DNA of 64,000 nucleotides from Neophaeotheca triangularis (lineage: Eukaryota), in contig BAAIJX010000004.1 in the NCBI GenBank assembly GCA_054600435.1, positions 1 to 64,000 on the forward strand, in the 5' to 3' direction. This document shows, piece by piece, positions 45,257 to 58,400 of this stretch; position 1 is the stretch's first letter; each line of letters starts with the position of its first letter. A program made the position numbers and the translations under genes. A model generated the notes under the pieces. That model saw only the letters and a list, made by a program, of their open reading frames with translations. It did not search any database and had not been told where the DNA came from.

Positions 45257-46582
45257 TTACCACTTGACTAGATCCTGCACCATGACGGGCATCCCCGACT
45301 TCATCGAGTGATTGGCGCCAACACCGACCAGCACCGCGTTGCCACCATCCCGAATACCAGCAGCACGCTTGAACTCATCCTCGCGGTCGGCTAGGAGAAG
45401 ATCACGCAGCATGACCGTGTCACCGCCGCCGTGCGTGCCCTCCTGCTTGACAACGTCCACGACGTACGGCTTGCCGAACATGGGATAGACGACAATCTTG
45501 GTGTCTTCGACGCCGCCCTGGATATACCCTTTCGAGGCATCACCGTCGGCTTCGGCGTTGACGGGCTCGCCGAGAGGGTTGTACCCGCTCTCGACAACGT
45601 TGATCTCGATGCGTCCCTTGGTGCCGTTGAAAACGCAGCGGTAGCCTTCCCACGGAGCGTAGGCGTAAGTGTTGTAAGTCATGACGGCGCGGTTCTTGTA
45701 CTTGATGATCATGGACAGATTGTCCTCGATGGTGATGTCGTCGGCGAAACAATTCCTGTCGCGGATGTAGCCGTCCTCGTGCTCGGCATCGAGATACAGC
45801 TTCTTCATGCGGTCGTTGGAATCGAGTTTGAAAGCAAAAGGGTCGTCCTTGGCGTCCTTGTTGTTGTGGTAGCGCTCGCCCAGGTTCTTCTCGCCGCGCT
45901 TTTCGGCGTTTTCCTTGCCGTAAAAGCGCAGGTCGCCGAGGCAATAGACCAGCTCCGGATCGGTGTTGAGCCAGAAGTGCACGAGATCGAAATGGTGGGT
46001 CGACTTGTGCATCTGGATGCCACCGCTGGTTTCCTTGTGCCTGTGCCAACGACGCATGAAGTCGGCGCCGTGAGGGCAGTCGAGGATCCAGTCCATGTGC
46101 ACCGTCGAGATTTCGCCAATGACACCGGAAGCGATGAGTTCGCGGACCTTGGTGTGGTGAGGGGCATAGCGGTAGTTGAAGAGCACGCGGACTCGCTTCC
46201 CCGTCTTCTTCTCCGCGTCGATCATCATCTGGAGCTTTTCCTCGTCAATGGTCATGGGCTTTTCCGTGATGGCGTCGCAGCCCAATTCCATGGTGCGGAT
46301 ACAGTAGTGGTGATGGAACTTGTCGATGGTGAGAACAATGACAACGTCGGGCTTCTGTTCCTGGACCATCTTCTCAAAGTCCGAGTCCCTGTAGGCGGGC
46401 ACTTTGTTTGCCCCCAATTCGACCAGGTGGTCATTGGCGACATTCATGCGAGTCTGATTGACGTCGCAGATTCCCACCAGAGTGGCGACGTCTTTGAACT
46501 CGTTGGTGATGGCGCCATAGTACATGGAAGAGCGAACTCCCATGCCAACAATGGCATACCGCTTGAGCTGTTTGCCAGACAT
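45257..46582 (-). CDS. Gfo/Idh/MocA-family NAD(P)-dependent oxidoreductase (YteT-like)
   Basis: YAIVGMG Rossmann start; ITEKPM; FNYRY; HGADFMRRWHR; HKSTHHFDLV; HGGGD; intronless with strong C/G third-position bias. Confidence 0.92.
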   Translation of the reverse strand: MSGKQLKRYAIVGMGVRSSMYYGAITNEFKDVATLVGICDVNQTRMNVANDHLVELGANKVPAYRDSDFEKMVQEQKPDVVIVLTIDKFHHHYCIRTMELGCDAITEKPMTIDEEKLQMMIDAEKKTGKRVRVLFNYRYAPHHTKVRELIASGVIGEISTVHMDWILDCPHGADFMRRWHRHKETSGGIQMHKSTHHFDLVHFWLNTDPELVYCLGDLRFYGKENAEKRGEKNLGERYHNNKDAKDDPFAFKLDSNDRMKKLYLDAEHEDGYIRDRNCFADDITIEDNLSMIIKYKNRAVMTYNTYAYAPWEGYRCVFNGTKGRIEINVVESGYNPLGEPVNAEADGDASKGYIQGGVEDTKIVVYPMFGKPYVVDVVKQEGTHGGGDTVMLRDLLLADREDEFKRAAGIRDGGNAVLVGVGANHSMKSGMPVMVQDLVKW

Positions 46583-48635
46583 AATGGTACCAAGGCTTGT
46601 TGGAGATCGATTGGCTGGTGGCAATGTGACAAGATTAGGTCGGAAGTCTCCAAAAAGGGTTGACGGTTCAATTTATTAGGCCAAGCATGTCGTTTATCTT
46701 TTTCAAGGTGGTGTTTACGAGTGGGGTTGCAGTCTCGGGGTAATGGGGTCCGATGCGAGTCAGCTCAGAAGGGCCACTAGGAGGTAGTAGGCGTAGGAAA
46801 CAAGGACCGCCCGTCCGCGCCAAGGGGGCTTTTTGTTGTACTTTTCCGTTGTTCTGTTCGGGGTAGAAACGACTCAAACGAGCCTCTGCTCTCTCCGTGT
46901 CTCCGGATAATGATAACTCACTAGTTCAATACTATCCCGTGTACCCCGTGGAGGAGAAGCGGGACCCCTCGGGCCTTAATCATTACTCGTGCAACCTTTG
47001 GATGGGGTCGTCGCCAGCCCCACATGGCTGACCTCGTTATCGGTAGGAGGTAGGTAGGTACCTAATTTGAATAGGTATATGATATACTACTGTTCACGTC
47101 TTGTCTCCCAAGAGCTTCGAAGCCATGGCAATGTGGCCGACCCGAAATTTATAAAGTCTGTATAACTCGACGGACAACAGGCACGTCGCAACAAGCAAGT
47201 GGACAATTCGTTACACATTCGCGGATGACGGCAACGGGACAGCAAAGAGTACCTGTGCTCTTTCACTAAGTAATATTACCTTGGGTACTGGTAGGTGACT
47301 ACTGCATCTTTAGCTTCCTAGTGAGACGGTGGCGCCGGTCTACTACTGCAAGGATGGAAGAGGAGGCGGGGTTTCGTCAAGCCTAGCTAACTAAGGTAAA
47401 CCGCTTGCTTCCCTCGTATTCAAGTCCGACATACCGTACTATACCTAGGTAGTTTTATACAGCTCGGAGAAAACGGCGAGACAACGAGGTGGAATAACTA
47501 TATGCAGTAGGACAGACGATCGCTAGGGATCAACAAGTCTTTTAATCTCCCACGTGGTGTTGTTACACTTACCGCAGCTTAGACTGCAAAGTGCAAACGG
47601 TTGATGAAATTAGCTTTTTCAAAGGCTCTTGATGTCTCGTAAACTATGCCGCAAGAAAATTCACTCATACATACCTTACAGTATGTTATTCCAGTATGTA
47701 TCCTTGTGTAGTAGGTACCGCTCAGATGCGCCCGCCGATGGTCATGTGATTGGTCAATATCAAACAAGAAGTGGAGCCGAATCCTCTCACATGCTTGAAC
47801 TTCTTTGCGTCTTGGTAGGCATTGAAAAGGTTAGAAGCGAGTTTCTGCCCTAACACAATCTCTGAATAAGGACGCCGACTTTGTCCTCGGCCGTGTGAGG
47901 TTGAAAGGCCGGAACCGACCGGTTCTGTCAACAATTAAGAATTCGATTCACTCGTCGAGATTGCCAACGTGACCTCTCTCGTGAGTACCATCGAGCAAGA
48001 AGGAGCCGTTTCCTTGCTTTTCCACCTCAACTTACAATGAGGAGGTCGTTCACTAGTTAGCCGTGACAGCTGACCCGAAGCGAGGACTAGACAAGCCGAC
48101 ATTGCATGTATTGGCAGCGCCACCAGGGTCACTGCCAACGCCGCCCAAGCCAGAACTCGTGGTTGATTGCCCCGAAAAGCATGGCTTGTGTCATTAGAGT
48201 CGGCTCTTCCTGTCGCAGCATCCTGCGCTTTGGAGAGAGCACATTGCTCCGCTCGGGTCAATATAGTCCAGATCAATGTGACTGCCCATTCATCTGGATT
48301 GGTCCTGGTTGCGGGGTCAGTAGTGACTGGCGCCCCATACAGCAAGTGATTCGTGGATCCCCATGGGGGAACCTGGACTACTTGTACCGATGGGGCGGCC
48401 ACTGCACCTTGGCGGCATCTTGGAGATCAAACATCACCTCTCATCCTGCAGTGCTAGCGGTATTTGGGGCATTCCACCTTCGCTAACTGACTCGAGAGTA
48501 GGGCCGTAGTGAGAACTGTAAGATGGGTATAAACTTCCTGTCCATCCCCTGCTTGCCCCCTTCTCTCGCTAGCTCTACTCGTCTCTTTGCAGATACCCCA
48601 TCTTCCCGTACTGCCCTTTGCCTTTGACCGACATC

Positions 48636-50440
48636 ATGGCCACAACCGGGGAAAAGTCCGACGTGCAATACGCTGAGCATGGAGCGAACCGCACTAAACA
48701 GGAGCTTATCGAAGCTGCCCTCAAGACCAACGATGAAGAAGTCGATGCTCCAAGGAAACAATTGTTCAGAACCTACTGGCCCGCCGTCATGTACAGCATG
48801 CTCCTCAGTCTTGCTCTCGTCATGGAAGGTATGGACGTCGGTCTGATCAACAACTTCTTCGCCCACCCTGCATACATAAGGAGGTTTCAAACGGGAGTCG
48901 ACGAGGAAGGCGAAGCATACATTTCAGGTCGTTGGCAGAGCATTATCGGAGCAGGCAACAACGTCGGATCCATCCTTGGTCTCTTGCTCAACGGATTCCT
49001 TCAGTCTCGTTATGGATCCAAGAAAGTGTACATTGTAGGCCATGTCCGTTGAACAAGCGCTCGTAACGACACTAATTGAGTAATGACAGTTCGCCATGAC
49101 CTTGATGGGCTGCACCATTTTCGTGCTCTTCTTCGCGCAGAGCGTGGAGATGCTCCTGGTTGGCAACCTCCTTTGCGGTATTCCTTGGGGTATCTTCCAG
49201 ACCCTCACCACCGCCTATGCTGCCGAGATTTGTCCTGCTGCAATCCGAGGCTATCTCACAGCTTGGGTCTCCATGTGTTGGGGAGCTGGCAGCTTTCTTG
49301 CTACTGGCGTTCTCCGTAGCACTATTGAAATTGAGACGAATGCCGGCTGGCAGATCCCCTACGGTCTTCAATGGATCTGGGTTCCACCACTCCTCATTGT
49401 CGGCTTCCTTGCTCCCGAAAGTCCCTGGTACCTCATTCGCAAAGAGCGCGTTGCGGACGCTGAGAAGTCGCTCTACCGGCTTGCGAAGAAGGGACACTAC
49501 AACGAGCGCAGCATGGCCGAACTCATCGAATACATGAAATACACAAACGAAATGGAGAAAGTCGAGTCGGCAGACGCCAGCTACATGGATTGTTTCCGCG
49601 GTACCAACTTACGTCGCACTGGCATCGTGTGTATGGCATGGGTCATCCAGATCCTGAACGGGCAATCCATCACCAACTATGCGGCCATCATGCTAAGGGC
49701 AACTGGTATGAGCGACGAAAACGCCTTCAACTACAACATGGGCATCCAGTCTGTCAACATCTTCGCCACCGCCATCGCCATTGCTCTCATGGGCAAGATT
49801 GGTCGTCGTATCTTCTACTTCTACGGTTCGGCCGGTATCGGTCTCTGTATGCTGATCGTCGGCATTCTTGGTTTCGCACTACCAGAAGGCGCTGATGCAA
49901 CGGCTATCTCGACGGCAGTCTTCCTGGTCATCGTCCAGTGCATCTTCAAGGTCTCCCTTGGTCCAACCACCTACGTCGTTGTCGGCGAGATGTCCTCGAG
50001 CCGTGTCCGAGCCCAGACTGTCGTTATCGGCCGCACCGTCTACGTCATTGGCCAGATCATCGTCCAACAGCTCAACCCTCGCTTCCTCAACGACGACCCG
50101 AGCTCCTGGGGACTGGGAGCAAAGACTGGTATTTTCTACTTCTGTCTGTGCTTCGTCTGGGCAATCTGGATCTTCTTCTGCCTGCCCGAAACCAAGAACC
50201 GCAGCTTCGCCGACATCGACTACATGTTCCAGAACAAAGTCCCAGCCCGCCAGTTCAGCACCTACCCCATCAACAGTACGCTTGTCCACATCCTCAATGA
50301 CTCGTCACCACTGCTAACTTTCTTCTCCAACAGTCTTCGACCGCGGAAACCAGGACGAGAAGCTCGGCGCCGCATCTGACGACGAGACTCCGCACCACAC
50401 GAACCCCGTTGATATGGAGGTGCAGCACACACGTGCCTAG
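48636..50440 (+). CDS. MFS sugar porter (alpha-glucoside/maltose permease-like)
   Basis: Introns 49035-49089 and 50276-50333; VMEGMD, GIPWGIFQTLTTAYAAEICP..IRGYLT, PESPWYL, CFRGTNLRRT, GRR and LPETKNRSF; spliced stop TAG at 50438-50440. Confidence 0.93.
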
Positions 50441-50558
50441 GTGTTCTTCTGAGTTCAGGGTGGATCGCCGAAAATGATACCGACGAGGATGACCGGTGTG
50501 GCGGTGTCAGCCTTTGCTGTAGCTTAGCTTTCAATGAACGAGTGTAATAACGAATTCA

Positions 50559-51101
50559 TCAGCCACTGGTATGCCTTTGGTATACCCCTCTAATTCGAAC
50601 GTTTGCTGTTTTCTTCTGAACGTGCTCGGGTGTACAGACCCTCGACGTTGGACCTAGGTCGTTCACGTAGCAGCGGCCGAGAGTTCTCGAATCTGCACAT
50701 CTTTTTGACAGGGACGCATCAATCAGCCGCTCACGAAGCTGTTGGAGCATTCCCTCGAGGCGGATCCTATGATTCTGCTGTCTTTGAGCCACGAGAGTGG
50801 ACGCAATAGCCTAAATTATGTCTAGCCCGTGCTACTTTTTAGCGTTGAGATGGCGAATCTTCTCGTTCGCGATGATGTTGCGAAGTGCAATCAGGGCTTG
50901 AGTGCACTTGACGGTGAGTGACCCGGAACATGGTAATGTCGGTGGAATGTTGACCTGGAAAGATGGGTTGCGCCATCTCCGAGTTCCGTCTTTCGCGTCA
51001 CGTTCCTGAGATTCTTCTTGCGTTAGATCAGCCAACGCATAGCAGCTCATAGATTGCGTGGAGCAACTCAAACGAGCCTCAGTTGCGTTGTTTGACGGCA
51101 T
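50559..51101 (-). pseudogene. Possible pseudogene of a small helical protein
   Basis: ORFs 50832-51101 and 50559-50792 share a frame and are separated by two TAG codons that could derive from CAG; no family recognised. Confidence 0.25.
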
Positions 51102-51449
51102 TGCTTAAGATCGGGGTATATTCGGCATTGAAATATATGTCGTATCGGGTAGGATTGATCGAATGGTGTGAAATTTTAAAAGTCGTTCGAGACTGCGCGC
51201 ACCGCATCTAGACCGTCATACATATCCAGGTGGTTCGCTTACCTTGGCACCACGTAGAAAGAAAATACATCAGCGACCTCGCCTCTAAGGCCAGAACCGG
51301 TGATGGCCAATTCACCGCGGAAAAGCAAGGTTGGTGACTGACACAGGCCGACTGAAAACACGGAGGGAACGTTCTTCTTGCCGAAAGGCATGTACACCGC
51401 AGCATCATGTTTGGTGTGATGTGTCGTTCCGGAGTCACAACTTTTGAAA

Positions 51450-52200
51450 CTTACACCGCGGTGCGAGCTAAACCTTTCGTTGTAGAACACGCACCCGGCG
51501 TCAGTAAACCATACTCGTCAAGACAGCGCCACATGAGCGCTCCATTCTGGTCTACTTTGGCACTAAACGAGGGCTCTCTGAGAAACAGGGCATAGATTTT
51601 GTGGTGACCTGCTCCTGGATCTTCACGGCCATGGTGTCAGTTGCAAGATCATGGTCCAAGGCTTTGATTAGTATGGCAACCAACGTATTTTGTGAATGCG
51701 ATCCTGCGTGGGAGTTGAAAAGTCGCAGCAAGCACCAGAGCCCCCAAATCAGAGACGGGGTATTTGTCGGCCGCCAGCCACAAGCCCAGAAGAAATTTTT
51801 GACGTCGGTCGGCCTGATCTCGCTGAATGTTGGTCTTTTCCCTACGGAAGCCGTAGAGGTGTTTCAAGACGGCGTAAACCGCTTCACCATCCTTGAGTTC
51901 TATGGTACCTGCATCACGCTCTTAAACACCGGCGGTGTCAGAACTCTCTTTCATGATCGACAATTCCCCTTGCAACCACCGCAAAGCGATTTGGTGGGCC
52001 GCAAAGAGTCGCCAAGTAGTCAGATCTCGAGCGCAAAACAATCATGTGGCACTTGATGTGCTCGCTGCCGAATCTGATTATGATTCCTGAGTATGAAGCA
52101 ACATCGTCCGAGCCTCAAAGACTATATTCAGGCGTCAGTTGATGGTCAAGTACCGCTGGGGGCTATACGCTTTAAAGTCTGCCGCCGCGCTTCCTGCCAT
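51450..52200 (-). pseudogene. BTB/POZ-domain protein pseudogene
   Basis: Spliced reading MAGSAAADFKA, L*GSDDVASYSGIIIRFGSEHIKCHMIVLRSRSDYLATLCG, ERDAGTIELKDGEAVYAVLKHLYG...LWLAADKY matches the fungal BTB pattern; early TGA, damaged acceptor and later frameshifts. Confidence 0.75.
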
Positions 52201-52335
52201 TCCTTCAGCGTTAGCTGGCCGAGATCCTCCGCCACGTATGGGCGCCAAAGCGGTAAGAGAATGAATAGTTTCCGTCGTCAGGTGAAGATCAATACGTAGT
52301 ATGAATGACTGGCACGACTTTTTGGGGCATGAAGC

Positions 52336-52491
52336 TGTTGTAATGAGCCGTACTGCGCAGCACGTAACAGATGCCTAAGGCAGAATGCCTAAGGCAGAAG
52401 CTGCAACCTGTCTTTATAGGCTTTGCTGCAAGTACCTAGTTTAGTCCTTAGTAATTAATTAATCGAGTTCGTGCCGCTGCATATTACAATA
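52336..52491 (+). repeat. 5' LTR
   Basis: TGTTGTAAT...ATTACAATA (terminal CA changed to TA); direct repeat of 58698-58853. Confidence 0.96.
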
Positions 52492-55400
52492 GGTTATAAG
52501 CCCGGCGTATTAATCTATATAAGCGAGCATAAAACTAGCCAATTACAATTCCTAGGATAACTATCCCTAGTTAAACAAAATAGACACGAACAATAGGGGA
52601 GCTAAGGATAATAAGATCCTTAAGAAGAACATAACCTTTAGTATTTAGGAGGCTATCCTAAAGAGTAAGCTACTTAATAAGGACTATCTTAACTATATGT
52701 TTTATAACCTTAAATAGCTACTAAGGGTAGTCTAACTACTAACGTCTATAACGGATGCTATAGTTAAGTTCTATAAGAAAGATATACTTACATATAGCAT
52801 CATTATAGAAAGGCTATTAGACGAATATAGGCCTAACTATAGTGTATTATATAAGATAGCCTATAAGCTATTTAAGCATATTAAATCTATCTATAGGCCT
52901 AATATTATAATCATCCTCTATAAGGCTATCTCTAATCTCTATAGTATTAAGCTATAGGGAATAAACATCCTAAAGTATTACTAAGAGTTTATAGTAGCCT
53001 ATTAGACCTTTAAGAGAGCTATAGACTAATAGGTTACTCTAAGGAACTAGATAAATGTAAGAAGTATTAGTCTCCTAGATAACTATATTAAGGTCCTCTT
53101 TAAAGGGGGAACTCTAAATATAGAATAGCTTAGGACTTAGAGACATAATAACCTCCCTTAAAGTAGGAAATACTTAGAGGATATAATTACTAGCCTTAAG
53201 TCTAAGGCCCTACCTCCCCTATCTTAGTAATAGAGAAGGATATAGGGGTTTATAAGTATAGTAAAAGATAATATCTATACCTAATATAATTACTACTAAT
53301 ATACTAATACTAAATGCTTTAAGTAGTACCTAAAGTAAGTACCTAAATAGTATAAGAAAGGTAAAGATAGTAGTAAGGATAAGTAGGAGGGGAGGAAGAA
53401 AAAGGATATAGGGAAGAATAAGAATACTAAGTCTACTAAGAAGAAGGGGAGAAAAGCTACTATAGCTATTAATAATAGTAATAATAGTAATACTAAGTTA
53501 ATCTTATCCCTATCTTTAGGAGGTATATTAAGTATTACTCTATCTCTCCTTATAGTACTATAAGCTATAGTACTAGAAATCACTATTATCTTAGACTCTA
53601 GATTATCCTTCTCTTTCTTTAATAAGCTTAAGCACTTTTAGGATATTAAGCCCCTTAGGAAGCTAATTACCTTTAGCTAGACTATTAGATAGGCCTCTAT
53701 TACCTATTTAGGGATAGTTAAGCTTTCCCTTAAGTACTATAACAAGATCTTTAGCATTACTTTAAAGAATATCCTATACTCCCTAGGATCCTCTACTAAC
53801 CTAATTTATATAGATATACTATACTAGAAGTATAGGATTACTCTAGATAGGTATACTAATAAGCTAAGGTCTAATAAAAGCACTATTAGGATAGTAAAGC
53901 AAGTTTATAAGGTAGATGTTATATAGGATATTAAAATCCTTCTACTACCTTAGTAATAAAGCCTACTATTAATAGTAGTAGCTATACTAAGATTACTAGT
54001 AGTACTAGTAGTGTTAGGGCTAAGGGTAGATATAACTAGATAGTACTAAAGATTAGGCCACATTAGTAGTAGTATCCTTAACGCTACTAAACAATATATA
54101 ACTAGGCTTAAAGTAGTAGATACTATAGCCTTAGGCTACTATAAGGTCTATAAACTCTTAAAGTCTTAAAGGGTTATCTTAAGAACCCTAAGAGTAAGGG
54201 CTAGTTAAGCCTTAGATAAGATATATGTTAACATAGTTAGCCCTATTATACTAACGTCTAGTATTAGTCTAAAGTATATTATCTTCCTAATAGATTCTAA
54301 AACTAGGTTTAGGTAGCCTCTCTTTATAAGAAACAAAAGTAAGGCACTATTACTTATTAGGAATCTTGTAGTAAGAACTATAAATGCCTATAATAAGGTG
54401 CTAAAGATATAGTTCTCTAATAGTAGTAGGGAGTTTATTAACTATAATTTAATTGTTATAGTATAGTAGATAGGGATAAGATAGGACATCTTAAGCCTAA
54501 AGACTCCTAAACAGAATAGCATTATAGAGTTATCTAATAAAACTATCCTAGCTAAGGCTAGGGTAATAATAATTAACTCTAGTATTCCTAGAGATCTCTA
54601 GTCCTTAGCTATAAATTATATAGCCTATATTACTAATATAGTCTATAACCTTAGGACTAAGAACATCTCCCTATAACACCTTAAGGAGGATTTAAGGGTG
54701 TCTAAGGACTAGACTATTAACCTCTCTAACCTTAGAAGATTTAGCTATAAAGTATTCCTATATAACTAGAATAGGATTACCTTAGAAAAGTTTACCCTAA
54801 GAGCTACTATCTACTAGTTTATAGGATTCTAAGATAACTCTACTACTAACTACCTCCTAATAATGCTAACTAGATAGGGCCTATTTAGTATTGTTTAGAG
54901 CCTATATATAACCTTTAATAAGGATACCTACTTTAGGCCTATTTAGGCTCCTATAGTTTAGGGAGAGTAGTTAGCCCTTTATATCCTAGGGCTTTAGGAG
55001 AACTTTAATAGCCTATAATAGGAGTAGTAATAATAATAAGCCTCTCCTAAGGGAGAGTACTAATAATAACAATCCTCTCCTAAGGGAGAGTACTAATACT
55101 AGTAAGTCTCCCTTAAAGAGTAGAGAGAGTACTAGTAAGTCTCCTCTAAAGAGTAGGGAGAGTACTAACCTTCTCCTAAGGGAGATTACTAATAAGCCTC
55201 TCCTAAGGGAGAGTAGTAATACTAAGCCTCTCCTATATAATAGGGAGAGTACTAAGAAGTCTCCCCTATAGAATAGGGAGAGTAATAGTAGCCCTTAGTT
55301 AACCTAATAGAGGAAGATTAGGGAGATACCTTAATAACACTATTCTTCCCTTAGCTAACTACTAGTAAAAGGAAGAGATTACTATCCCCCTAGCCCTTAA

Positions 55401-58400
55401 TATATATAAGGGTAGGTAGGCCTATAAAACCGTAGAATTATAGGTAGTTATATATAGGAGCTATAACCTAGGCTACTAATAATCCTAAGGACTATTACGA
55501 TACATTTAGTAGAAAGGATATAAGCTAGTAGAAGGCTATAATAATTAAGGAGATTAAAAGCCTTAAATCTACTAGTACAATTACCTAGATTAAGCAATTA
55601 GAGCTACTACCTAGTAGAAGAGTACTTATAGGGAAGTAGGTATTTAAGCTAAAGCTTCTCCTAGATAGCTCTATTAATAAGTATAAGGCTAGATAGATAG
55701 TAAGGGGATTCTTATAGAAATAAGGTACTAACTATATTAACACCTTTATACTAATACTAAGACTAGGAATAGGAAGGATCCTCCTAGCTATTATATTCTA
55801 GCTTAAATAGAGTAGAACCTAGATCGATATAGAGATAGCATTCTTAAATCCTAATCTAGATAGATAGATCTTTATCTAGGTACTAAGAGGACTTAAACTT
55901 ATTCTTAAGGATAAGAAAGGAAAGCTTATAAAGATTAATAAGGGCTTATATAGTCTTAAGTAGGTAGCTTACCTCTAGTTTTAAGATACTATATCCTATC
56001 TTAATTTAATAGGACTAAAGTAGACAAAGTCTAATATATATCTTTTTACTAGTAATAATATACTAGTTTTAATATATATAGATAACTTCTAGATCTTTAG
56101 CCCTAAACCTAAGAAGATTAAGTAGCTTATTATAGGGATAAAGAAGAAGTATAGTATTAAGGAGGTAGATACTAACCTTTTCTTAGGCCTATATATTAAG
56201 GAGAGTAGGAATACTATTAAGCTATCTTAGAAGTATTATACCCTTAATAAACTTAAAGGGCATAATCTAGACTAAGTAAGGATAGTTAAGTACCTACTTA
56301 ACCGCCTATATAAACCTTCTAAGAAGTAATATACTTAGTAGGTTTATTATATCTTTAATAAGATAATTAGGGAACTACAATTTCTAGTAAACTAGATAAG
56401 GCTAGACATTTCTTAAATAGTTAACTACTTAGTAAAGTTCCTTTAAAACCTATCTAAGGAGTATATTATAGTTATAACACACATCTAGAGATATATTATA
56501 GGTATTATAGATAGAGGGCTTATCTATAAGAGATAGGAAGGAATTTCTATTAAGGCCTACTTAGACTTAGATTTTATAGGTAATCTAGCTATATCTAGAT
56601 TAACATCTAGCTTAGCCATTTTTATAAATAGTATACCTATAGTCTAGAGATCTTAGAGATAGAAGGAAGTTATCCTATTAAGTACTAAGGCAGAGTATGT
56701 TACATTAATAGAAACTATAAGGGAAATTAACTAGATATAGAATCTTTTCCTTAAACTTTAGCCTTTAACAGAATTTAGCTTAAAAACTATTAAAGTTTAT
56801 ATTAACAATAAGTTAGCCATTTTGCTTATAGAAGACTATACTAACTTAAAGCGATTAAAACACACTTCCCTTAGAAACTATTACTATAGGGAATAGCTTA
56901 AGAAGGGGGTTATTAGTATTAAATATATTAATACTACTAAGTAGCTAGTAGATAGTCTAACTAAGCCGAAGTCCCCTAACTAGATAATTTAAGATTAATC
57001 TACTCTTAGAAGAGTAATACACCCTTATAGGATGTAGCATTTTCCCTTTATTTCTAAACTCTAGAAAACTATCCTAGGAGACACCTACTATATAATGTAG
57101 CATTTTCCTTTATACTAACCTAAGAAACAAAACCTAAGAAAACCTAGAAAACACTAAAACTCTAGGGAACTATCTCCTAAGAAACAATACCCTTATAGGA
57201 CATTACTACCCTTTTCCTTTATTTTATTTCTTCTAGCTATCCTTTAAACTACCTTAGCTATCCTTAGGACTACCCTAACTACCTTTAGAGCTACTATCCT
57301 TCCTTACTAAGAGGCTTAAAGAGGAAGAAGAACTACTAGAGCTAGAACTAGAGGAGCCTCTTATAGAAGTTAGGAAACCCTAAAAAGTGCTTTCTCTACT
57401 AGACCTAGCTCTTATAGTAGATAGTACAGATCTAGGACCTATTCCCCTATTAAGGGTAGACCTACTACTATAGATATCTACCCTTTACCTTAAGGCCTAA
57501 GCAAATATAGTAGCCCTAGCTAGTATACTCTAATTAATGCTATTAGGGATTAGCACTTTAGTATATCTACTAGTTATTAGGGGAGCTACTATAGGAGAGC
57601 TAGCTATTAACCCTATCCTTCTTAGTAAAGACACTAGAGTTTCCTACGAAGATTTTGTCTATAGAACTAGCTAATAGGCTATCTACATATTAGCGAAGAA
57701 TTCCCGCGGAAACTAGTTAGTAGTACTTATAAGAGAAGTCGTATTAGTCAAAATGGTTACTATAGCTATAGTTACTATAAGCTCCCTTTATAAACTTCTT
57801 TCCTTTATGTTCTAAGGTAATATAGTTCTTCTAAGGGCCGTTACCCTTCTTATAGCTAGTGTAAGCTATATCTCCTTTATAAGTCTTCCCTCCCTTAGTA
57901 GTCTAGGTAAAGGTAGTAGGGAGGTAATTAGTATTCTTAGTAGAAGATAGGTTGAATTTCTTATTAGCTACCCTTATTTCTAGCTTATTCTTTAGGGCTA
58001 AGGACTTATTAGAGGTATAGAACTACTAGGCTTTATTATTGCAAAATTATAGTAGTATTTACTTAACGTTATCCGGTCTAAGGTTAATAGCGACCCGGCG
58101 GATTCTACATAAAGTGGCTAAGTCTAGCTAGATATAGTTTAGGACTAAAGATGTTAGCGAAATTCTTACGGCCGGCCTATAGTAACTTACTTAAAGTAGC
58201 TAGCTAGTTTAGGTTATATATAGTATAACTAGAGGGAGTACTAGTTAGTAGCTTCTTACTACTACTAGAGCTACCTATACTACCTATCGTGCTTTAGTTA
58301 ACGGTAGCTATACTAAAGCTACTATTAGTACTATTAGTACTAAAGTTATTAGTATTACTAGCTAGTATTAGTAAAGAAGCTATTAGTATAAAGGTGAAGC

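Noticed and set aside
45431..46663. 410-aa ORF antisense to the oxidoreductase
   Set aside because: Shadow ORF expected from strong codon bias of the real gene; no recognisable motifs.
47935..48486. 155-aa and 126-aa ORFs upstream of the MFS gene
   Set aside because: No domain similarity recognised; they overlap each other within a probable promoter.
53296..53583. 95-aa hydrophobic minus-strand ORF
   Set aside because: Artefact of RIP-mutated AT-rich DNA inside the Copia element.
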